From Planctomycetota bacterium (GTDB lineage Bacteria > Planctomycetota > SZUA-567 > H5-PLA8): DNA of 64,000 nucleotides. The position numbers were made by a program, and so were the translations under genes. This document shows, piece after piece, positions 57,593-64,000 of the stretch; position 1 is the stretch's first letter, and the number at the start of each line of letters is the position of its first letter. Location of the stretch: contig JBBRPR010000019.1 of NCBI GenBank assembly GCA_038227875.1, forward strand, positions 32,001 to 96,000, written 5' to 3'. The notes below the pieces were generated by a model. The model saw nothing but the letters and a program-made list of their open reading frames with translations. It was not told the DNA's origin and ran no database searches.

Positions 57593-59704
57593 TCAGGCCG
57601 TCGCAATCGAATCCCGGACCGCGGCAAAAGTAGCCGGCGCGGAGTCCGTGGTCACGATGCGGAATTGATTCGGCGCGGAGCGGAGCCTGAAAATCGCACC
57701 GGCGAGCGCGTATTCGCGCTGCACTTCGGCGGCTTCGCGGCGCTCTTTGCGCGAGTTCACGGGATTGATGATCGTCAGCGGCCGCGGTGCCAGACAGGCG
57801 GCCACGTGCGGCAGGTCGAAGTCTCTCAAGCAACCCGGCAGATAGATGGAGAAGTGATGGTTGTGCCGGCGACGTTCGGTGAGGCTTTTGTACGCGTCAA
57901 GGCTGCGCAACATCACGCACTGGGCGACGCTGGTGTCGATCGCGGCGGCGTAAAGGCCCCACAATCCGCCGCGCCCGACGCCGACGATGGAGATCTTGTC
58001 TTTCTGCACGTCCCAACGGCTGCGCAAATATTCGAGCGCACGAAGAACCGTGAAGGTCCGCAATCCGAATAGGCTCTGTCCGGCGTTGAGCGCCCGGCGG
58101 CTCCATTGAGATTCCGGACCGCAGAGTAGTGTCTCGTAAGCGTCGTGGTCTTCGGCCTTCGGTTGCATGCGCGTTTCGCCGACGCCGCAGACATCGATGG
58201 CCATCACGTGGCAACCCGCCGCGGCAAAGCCGCTCATCCACGCCGACTGGGAGGAGACGCCGGCTGTGCCGCGTTCGTGGAGAATCAGCACCGCCGGGGC
58301 GACTTTGTGCGAGCCTGGCGTGTCGGCGCTTTCCGGCAGCGCGAAGAAGCTGTACGGCGCGTAGAGCTTCTCGTCCATGATCAAGCGGCCCTTCTCGACG
58401 GCATAGCCCCAATCGCTGGAGCGGCTTTCGAGTTCGCCTTTGATCGGCGTCAGCGGTTCCGGAAGGCGGAGGTGCGGGCGGAAACTATCGCGAACGTCGT
58501 TCTGCAATTTGATCGCGCCATCGGCATCTTTGGGCACGGCCTTGGAGGGTGGAAGTTCCTGCGCCAGACCTTTCTGATAGTCGAAGAGGCTCAGCGCATT
58601 GAGCGAGTTGCTGACCTGACCGGTTTCGGTGCAGTAGAGCGACTCCGGCGCCTCCGGCGGCGTCTCCGGTTCGCGCGCGCGGGAATCGGGAAGGCGGAAG
58701 GCGCGCGCAAAATGTTCGGCGGCGCGGGAACGGATCAGCTTCAAATATCCAGCCGGGCCGTCGGCTTCGAAGGGAATCAGGTGTTCCGCCGCGTTGAGCA
58801 GACCGTAGAAGCGGATGAGTTCCTCGGTGCGCGCGTGGCTGCCGCCGCGAAAACGGTCCTGCGTGCAGTTGGTGATCAGCAGCGGCTTGGGCGCGAAGGG
58901 CAGCAGCATGTCCTGCGCCGCGACGCCGTAGGCCAGCGCGCTGAAGTGGACGTGGTCTTCGTCGCCACCTTCCAGGTATTCCGCTTCGTAATGGTCAGCG
59001 ACTGTCGCGGCCGCCTGGATGCGCGGCTCGACACAGCATAGCACGCGGGCGACCAGCGCACTGCCGCCACACCCGATCACGCCCAATCGCAAGGGATCGG
59101 CGTCGCCGCGGGCGGAGATCAGATCGAGTCCGCGGATGACGTCCCACGCCATCAGGTTGACGAGATTCCCTCCGCTCAGGAGCAGCAGGTTTCCCAGCAG
59201 CGCGTGTTCTGCGGCGACGAGCTTTCCGGCCAGCGAACGGCGCAGCGTGGAGTCGTAAAACTCCAGGCGTTCGCCTTGTCCGGGCAGATCGATGATCAGC
59301 GTGGCGATGCCGCGGCGAGCGAAGAGCTGGCCGAGGCGCTGGCACTCCGCGTGGCCTTTACCCTGCGTGTTGAGCGCCGGTAGCGCAACGACGGCGGGGA
59401 ACGGTGACGCGCCATCTTCCGGAACGTAAAAATTCGCGGTGGTGATTACGCCCGGCAGGCTTTCGTACGTCAGCACTTCGACGCGGTAGCCTTCGTGCGC
59501 GAACGTTTCGATCGGTTTGACATTAAGCGGCGTGCGTTCGGGAAAAGCGCCGAGATGTTTGGCGCAGACTTCGCGCACCTGCGCCTGTCGCGTCTGCAGA
59601 GCTTGAGCCGTGGTGATCGCAGCCGCACGTTCGTTCCGCACGGCCATGAGCGCGGCGCCGACACCGGCGATGTAGTTCTCTGTCATTCCGCGACTGATGG
59701 CCAT
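57593..59704 (-). CDS. Tandem alpha/beta-hydrolase (acetyl xylan esterase-like) protein, catalytic Ser apparently absent
   Basis: P..TPLN, YES.PG...TAN.Y.P, D..GQGER, WD.IRGLD, D..RLG, APKPL; second domain DVCGVGE...APRPL. Confidence 0.75.
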   Translation of the reverse strand: MAISRGMTENYIAGVGAALMAVRNERAAAITTAQALQTRQAQVREVCAKHLGAFPERTPLNVKPIETFAHEGYRVEVLTYESLPGVITTANFYVPEDGASPFPAVVALPALNTQGKGHAECQRLGQLFARRGIATLIIDLPGQGERLEFYDSTLRRSLAGKLVAAEHALLGNLLLLSGGNLVNLMAWDVIRGLDLISARGDADPLRLGVIGCGGSALVARVLCCVEPRIQAAATVADHYEAEYLEGGDEDHVHFSALAYGVAAQDMLLPFAPKPLLITNCTQDRFRGGSHARTEELIRFYGLLNAAEHLIPFEADGPAGYLKLIRSRAAEHFARAFRLPDSRAREPETPPEAPESLYCTETGQVSNSLNALSLFDYQKGLAQELPPSKAVPKDADGAIKLQNDVRDSFRPHLRLPEPLTPIKGELESRSSDWGYAVEKGRLIMDEKLYAPYSFFALPESADTPGSHKVAPAVLILHERGTAGVSSQSAWMSGFAAAGCHVMAIDVCGVGETRMQPKAEDHDAYETLLCGPESQWSRRALNAGQSLFGLRTFTVLRALEYLRSRWDVQKDKISIVGVGRGGLWGLYAAAIDTSVAQCVMLRSLDAYKSLTERRRHNHHFSIYLPGCLRDFDLPHVAACLAPRPLTIINPVNSRKERREAAEVQREYALAGAIFRLRSAPNQFRIVTTDSAPATFAAVRDSIATA

Positions 59705-59794
59705 GGCTTTGTCTCTTCAGGTCTGTGTAAGTTTGACGTTACAAGTAGCCCAAAACATTCAACAAATCTGAACGTACTGCCGTCACGTTGCAGG

Positions 59795-61207
59795 CTACAG
59801 TTTTACCTTTTCACCGGGCTGTATGGTCTTCACTGGTGCACCGGTCAAACCTTCGCCGCACAACCCCCCGCTCGTGCCAATTTCGATCACGCAGTCGAGT
59901 GTTCCGTCCGGCTTGCGTGGTACTTTCGTCCCCGCCGCGCTAAGCCAGCGCGCGTACTCTTCCATCAGATCGCGGCGCGCCGTATGCGGAGAATCTTCGC
60001 CTTCGGCATTTTTCACCGGACTGAAATCATCCTCGCGCGCCGTCTCCATACTGACTGTCGCATTTGCCTGCGATAGCGCGTCGAACACAAACGTCTCAAA
60101 TTTGATGCCGTTCTTCTCGCCGGCTTTTAGTTGCACCGGTTTCCCGTCGGCGCCGATGGCGGGCACGGCTTTTTCCGCTTTATGGTACGGCAGTTGGAAA
60201 CCGCCTTTGTTCAGGCGTTCAATGAACGCCGTGTTGAGCACATGAATGGCGATGCTGCCGGCCCACCATTTTAATTGCCCGCTTGAATCGGTTTCCTTCG
60301 CCAGAGTTTCCGGCAGGTCGGAATATTCGATGACATTCAGCTTGCCATCGGAGAGACCCAGCACGCCGACTTTCTCTTTCCAGTCGCGCTTGCGGACGAC
60401 CTTGGAGGACATCTCGGCATTGGCTTGGACGTGGTAGCCGACGAACGTCGGGTCGCCGATCTTCGTCAGCACGTTGTCGACCTGGAAGTAGAAGAGCGTG
60501 TCGACGCCCGTGTTCTTCAGCCACGCGATCGAGCCGGAATCCCAGAGCGCCTTGATCGAGCCGCCGTGCCCGTTGGGGCTGAGCGCGATTTCGCCGGGCG
60601 CCTGGAGGAGGATCTTTCCCTCTTTACTCACCGCCGGCATGTTCGCCTGCTTGAAGATGCGGACGGAATCCTGGCCGAGTCCGAAATAATTGTGCTTGGC
60701 GAAGAACGTCTTGGTTTCGGCGTCGTTAGCGTCGGAGGTCATCACCAGCCACGGCACGGACGCATTATACTTTTTGCGCAGCACCTGAATTTTCTGCGCA
60801 TGGACTTCGAACAAAGTCCGGTTGGAGACTGGCCCGATTTCGAACGCGCCCTTCGGGCCTTGCAGGCCGAGCCGGGTCCCCTGCCCTCCCGCGACGAGGA
60901 ACGTCGCGACGCGGCCGGAACGGAAGGCCGCTTCGCCGGAAGCGCGCGCGGCGGCGGCCGTTTGCTTTTCGGCCGGCGACTTCGGCAGCGCGATCACGGG
61001 CGCGGGTTCGAGCTTCGCGGCGACGGGCGCTGCTTTGCCTTTCACGAATTCAGCGATGAGCTTGTCGACGACATCGAATTCGATGAGCGCAACCTGGTCG
61101 AGAAGTTTCTGTTGCTGGGCTGCATCGAGCTTATCGTAGAAATCGAAGAGATGGCCTTGGTGGTGGGCTGCTGCTTTTTCTTTGAGTTTCTTCGGGTCGT
61201 GCATCAT
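59795..61207 (-). CDS. UDP-N-acetylglucosamine/UDP-glucose pyrophosphorylase (eukaryote-like UDPGP type 1 family)
   Basis: AGGQGTRLG..GPKG, SPNGHGG, QVDN, EKVG, VIEYSD, KFETFVFD, FSPVKN. Confidence 0.9.
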   Translation of the reverse strand: MMHDPKKLKEKAAAHHQGHLFDFYDKLDAAQQQKLLDQVALIEFDVVDKLIAEFVKGKAAPVAAKLEPAPVIALPKSPAEKQTAAAARASGEAAFRSGRVATFLVAGGQGTRLGLQGPKGAFEIGPVSNRTLFEVHAQKIQVLRKKYNASVPWLVMTSDANDAETKTFFAKHNYFGLGQDSVRIFKQANMPAVSKEGKILLQAPGEIALSPNGHGGSIKALWDSGSIAWLKNTGVDTLFYFQVDNVLTKIGDPTFVGYHVQANAEMSSKVVRKRDWKEKVGVLGLSDGKLNVIEYSDLPETLAKETDSSGQLKWWAGSIAIHVLNTAFIERLNKGGFQLPYHKAEKAVPAIGADGKPVQLKAGEKNGIKFETFVFDALSQANATVSMETAREDDFSPVKNAEGEDSPHTARRDLMEEYARWLSAAGTKVPRKPDGTLDCVIEIGTSGGLCGEGLTGAPVKTIQPGEKVKL

Positions 61208-61272
61208 CGTCTCCTCTGGAATTTCAACACGACGACAACTGCCATCAAGGTGCCGAGATTTGAACAGTTTGT

Positions 61273-61298
61273 ACCCTGGTACAATTTTGTACCAGGGT
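61273..61298. repeat. Near-perfect palindrome (AATT-centred family)
   Basis: ACCCTGGTACAATTTTGTACCAGGGT. Its flank CAGTTTGTACCCTG is the reverse complement of the flank at 1947-1960. Confidence 0.85.
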
Positions 61299-61356
61299 CC
61301 CCCTCGCGCGTTTAAAACTTGCTCTCGGCCCGGCGCTCAGTCCTCAGTCCTTCCGT

Positions 61357-62271
61357 TCACGCCTCCGCTTTCTTCTCCGCTTCCAACCACTCCACGCCCA
61401 TCCCCATGCTGTGGTAGCCGTGGTCGACGTAGACGATCGTGCCCGTGATGCCGGCGGCGAGATTCGAGGCGAGGAAGGCCGCGGTGTGGCCGACTTTTTC
61501 GCCGCTCATCACATCCGGGATCGGGGAGTTCTTGCGGTAGTAGTCGACCATGGCGTCGATGGTGCCGATGGCCTTGGCCGCGCGCGTGGGCATCGGACCG
61601 GCGCTGATGCAATTGACGCGCGCGCCGTACTTGCGGCCCGCTTCGTAGGCGAGCACTCGCGTGTCGCTTTCCAGCGCCGCCTTGGCGGAGCTCATCCCGC
61701 CACCGTACTTCGGGATCACCGATTCGGAGGCAAGATACGTCAGGCAGACGAATGAACCGTTGGGCCGCAGCAGCGGAGCGAAGCGCTGGATCATCGAAAC
61801 GTACGAGTAGGCGCTGGCGCTGACAGCGGCCAAGTAGCCTTTGCGGCTGGTTTCCAGCAGCGGCTTTTTCACTTCCGGTCCGTTGGCGAGACTGTGGACG
61901 ACGATGTCGAGGGGCTTCTCGCCGAAGTCGGCGCGGATCTTGTCGGCGCATTCCTGGACGGTGTAGCCGCTGAGTTCCTTGTAGCGCTTGTCGTCGCGGA
62001 TTTCCGGCGGAACGTCTTCGGCCGTGTCGTAGACGGCGTCGAAGGGATAGACCTTTTCGATGCTGAACTTGCCATCGGCGTAGTGCGTGGACTCCTCAAA
62101 CTTTCCGCGCTCGAGGCTCTTGGTGAACAGCGTCATCACCGGCGGCCACGTGCCCACGCAGACGGACGCGCCGGCCTGGTGCATGGCCTTAGCGATCGCC
62201 CAGCCGTAGCCGTCGTCGTCGCCCACGCCGCCCACGAATACCCGCTTACCCTTCAAGTCGATCGGAAGCAT
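61357..62271 (-). CDS. fabI: Enoyl-ACP reductase, chlamydial/plant-type
   Basis: MLPIDLKGK..F..GV.DD.GYGWAIAK, VGTWPP, HSLANGPEV.KPLLETSRKGY, YGGGMSSAKAALESD. Confidence 0.93.
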   Translation of the reverse strand: MLPIDLKGKRVFVGGVGDDDGYGWAIAKAMHQAGASVCVGTWPPVMTLFTKSLERGKFEESTHYADGKFSIEKVYPFDAVYDTAEDVPPEIRDDKRYKELSGYTVQECADKIRADFGEKPLDIVVHSLANGPEVKKPLLETSRKGYLAAVSASAYSYVSMIQRFAPLLRPNGSFVCLTYLASESVIPKYGGGMSSAKAALESDTRVLAYEAGRKYGARVNCISAGPMPTRAAKAIGTIDAMVDYYRKNSPIPDVMSGEKVGHTAAFLASNLAAGITGTIVYVDHGYHSMGMGVEWLEAEKKAEA

Positions 62272-62393
62272 CGTTTCAGTTCCTCGAGTCCAGACTCTAC
62301 CCATGAAATTCGTTTCACGGTTTAGTGTAGAGATTGAAAGACGGTTGTGAAGAAAAGATTACTATTGGAATTTCGGACGGGTTTTTAGTCTCG

Positions 62394-62416
62394 CGCAAAG
62401 ACGCAAAGTCGCAAAG
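62394..62416. repeat. Short 8-nt-period repeat (CGCAAAG)x3
   Basis: CGCAAAG-A-CGCAAAG-T-CGCAAAG. Confidence 0.5.
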
Positions 62417-62483
62417 AACAGCTTGGAGTTGACGTCGCTCGTGATGAATCCCAACTCAAAACTCAAAACTGCCTCAAGCGGCT

Positions 62484-63686
62484 TCACGCCAGTACGCACA
62501 GCAGTTCACGCTGCGGCGAGCCGCCGGTCACGCGGGCTTCCCTTTCGCCGACGTACATATCGATCTCGCTGCGTACGCCGAATCGACCTTCCAGGTAAAT
62601 GCCGGGCTCGATGGAAAACAGCGTGCGCGGAATCAGCAGGCGCGAATCCTCCGTCTCCAGGTTGTCGATGTTCGCGCCGTTGCCGTGGATTTCCGTCTGG
62701 ATGCTGTGCCCGGTGCGATGGATGAAATGCTCGCCGTAACCCGCCTTCACGATCACGCCGCGACTGACGTCGTCGACCTGCGCGCCGCTGATCGGACGCC
62801 CCGCACGCACGGCGTCGATCACGAACTGCGCGGCGGCATCGCGAGCATCGCGAACGATGTTGAAGACGCGCGTCATCTCGTCCGGCGCTTGTTTGCCGAC
62901 AAAACCGGTCCAGGTGATGTCAGCATAGATCGACGCGGGTTCCATCAGCTTCGCCCACAGATCGATCAGTACGAAATCGCCTTCCTTGATCGGCGCGTTG
63001 AGATCGATGGTCGGCTCGTAATGTGGCGATGCGGCGTTGCCGTTGACGCCGACAATCGGCGCGTCGTGCGTGACCATGCCGCGGTCGGCGAAGGCGTTCA
63101 TGATGTTGCGCTGGATGTCGTACTCCGTGGTCGGCATGCGATTTTTCAGGCGGCGGCCGACTTCATCGAAAGCGTTCTGGACGATTTCATAGAGGTACTT
63201 CGCCGCCGTCTCGTGCGATGCAAGCTGTTCGTCGCTGACCGTCGATTCGAAGGTGGCTACGAGCGTTGCCGAGGTCACGACCTCCACGCCGAACGAGCGG
63301 ATGAGCTCAATGGTGCCCGCGTCGACGCGCGAGACATACGGAATCGCGCCGTTGGGCGAATACTGCATCGCCACGCGCGGCGCGCGTCCGGGCGCGAGCG
63401 CCAGCAGTTCATCTTTGATGAAGCCGTGCAGCTGCTTCCACGGCAGGTAGATCAACTTGCGGCCCGGCAGGTGCGCCAGCGTGTCGCGTTCGATCGAATG
63501 GACAATCTTGACCGGCTCGCCGGTTTGCGGAATCAGGTAGAGCCAGCGGCGCGTCGCCATCGGCCCACCCGGCGCCATCTCCAGAATCTCGCCAGCAATC
63601 GGATCGTTACCGCGAAAGCTGTAAAACAGCCAGCCGTCGATATTGGCTTCTTTGAGTGCGCTTTGAATTTCAGCGATGCGAACCAT
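62484..63686 (-). CDS. Xaa-Pro peptidase family (M24) metallopeptidase
   Basis: PHYEP, LIDLW, YADIT, HRTGHSI...H, FSIEPGIY, GVRSE. Confidence 0.9.
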   Translation of the reverse strand: MVRIAEIQSALKEANIDGWLFYSFRGNDPIAGEILEMAPGGPMATRRWLYLIPQTGEPVKIVHSIERDTLAHLPGRKLIYLPWKQLHGFIKDELLALAPGRAPRVAMQYSPNGAIPYVSRVDAGTIELIRSFGVEVVTSATLVATFESTVSDEQLASHETAAKYLYEIVQNAFDEVGRRLKNRMPTTEYDIQRNIMNAFADRGMVTHDAPIVGVNGNAASPHYEPTIDLNAPIKEGDFVLIDLWAKLMEPASIYADITWTGFVGKQAPDEMTRVFNIVRDARDAAAQFVIDAVRAGRPISGAQVDDVSRGVIVKAGYGEHFIHRTGHSIQTEIHGNGANIDNLETEDSRLLIPRTLFSIEPGIYLEGRFGVRSEIDMYVGEREARVTGGSPQRELLCVLA

Positions 63687-63719
63687 GAGACCTCGATTCA
63701 TGAGCGGAGGTTACGCACT

Positions 63720-63802
63720 GGCAATTTTGAATTTTGAATTCTTAATTCTGAATTAGATTTACCTTCGCATTCCTAATTAAAAATTAAGAATTCAAAATTG
63801 CC
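63720..63802. repeat. AT-rich hairpin of heptamer repeats (AATTTTG-like)
   Basis: GGCAATTTTGAATTTTGAATTCTTAATTCTGAATTAG ... CTAATTAAAAATTAAGAATTCAAAATTGCC. Confidence 0.8.
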
Positions 63803-63804
63803 GT

Positions 63805-64000
63805 TCATCCGCCGCTCCCGAACTTCTCGCCGCCCGGCAGATCTTCGCCGAGGCGGCTGCGCAGGAATTCCAGGATCGATGCGGTGTCGGTCATGCCCAT
63901 CACCTTTTCAGCGACTTCCTTGCAGCGGTCGTAACGAACGTTGCGGATGATCTTTTTGATTTCCGGAATCGACGGCGGCGAAATCGAAATCTCCGTCAGT
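63805..64000 (-). CDS. ptsI: C-terminal fragment of a PEP-protein phosphotransferase (PTS enzyme I); gene continues beyond the window
   Basis: Manual translation LTEISISPPSIPEIKKIIRNV.Y..C.EVA.KV resembles enzyme I C-termini. Confidence 0.7.
   Translation of the reverse strand, partial: LTEISISPPSIPEIKKIIRNVRYDRCKEVAEKVMGMTDTASILEFLRSRLGEDLPGGEKFGSGG

Overview
High-GC bacterial chromosomal window. It is most consistent with Planctomycetota/PVC: chlamydial/plant-type FabI, a eukaryote-like UDP-sugar pyrophosphorylase, ffh-rpsP-trmD-rplS without rimM, and many exported low-complexity proteins. This assignment is inference, not a database result. Housekeeping blocks are queA (partial), pilMNO(P)Q, TIGR03936/DUF2344-rne-rplU, ffh-rpsP-trmD-rplS, gltBD, ychF, fabI, an M24 peptidase and the 3' end of ptsI. 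They alternate with accessory genes for secreted repeat proteins, a paralogous pair of alpha-solenoid proteins and an AraC/PhyH/DUF4832 cluster. The most notable signals are not visible in the ORF track. (1) A UGA-recoded SelW/Rdx selenoprotein (CTLU) with a SECIS-like hairpin at 3019-3249. (2) A 511-nt same-strand dual-coding overlap: the -1 frame of the DUF2344 gene encodes a Lys/Ala/Ser-rich N-terminal arm of a very large, mostly disordered RNase E. (3) A 30-residue piece of the PilQ secretin recurs, 27/30 identical but synonymously diverged, inside an unrelated exported metal-binding protein. (4) A dispersed family of AATT-centred palindromes (18-30 bp) with co-varying arms. (5) REP/REPIN doublets and heptamer-repeat hairpins. 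No tRNA, rRNA, CRISPR array or transposase was seen. All family names come from motif recognition by eye.
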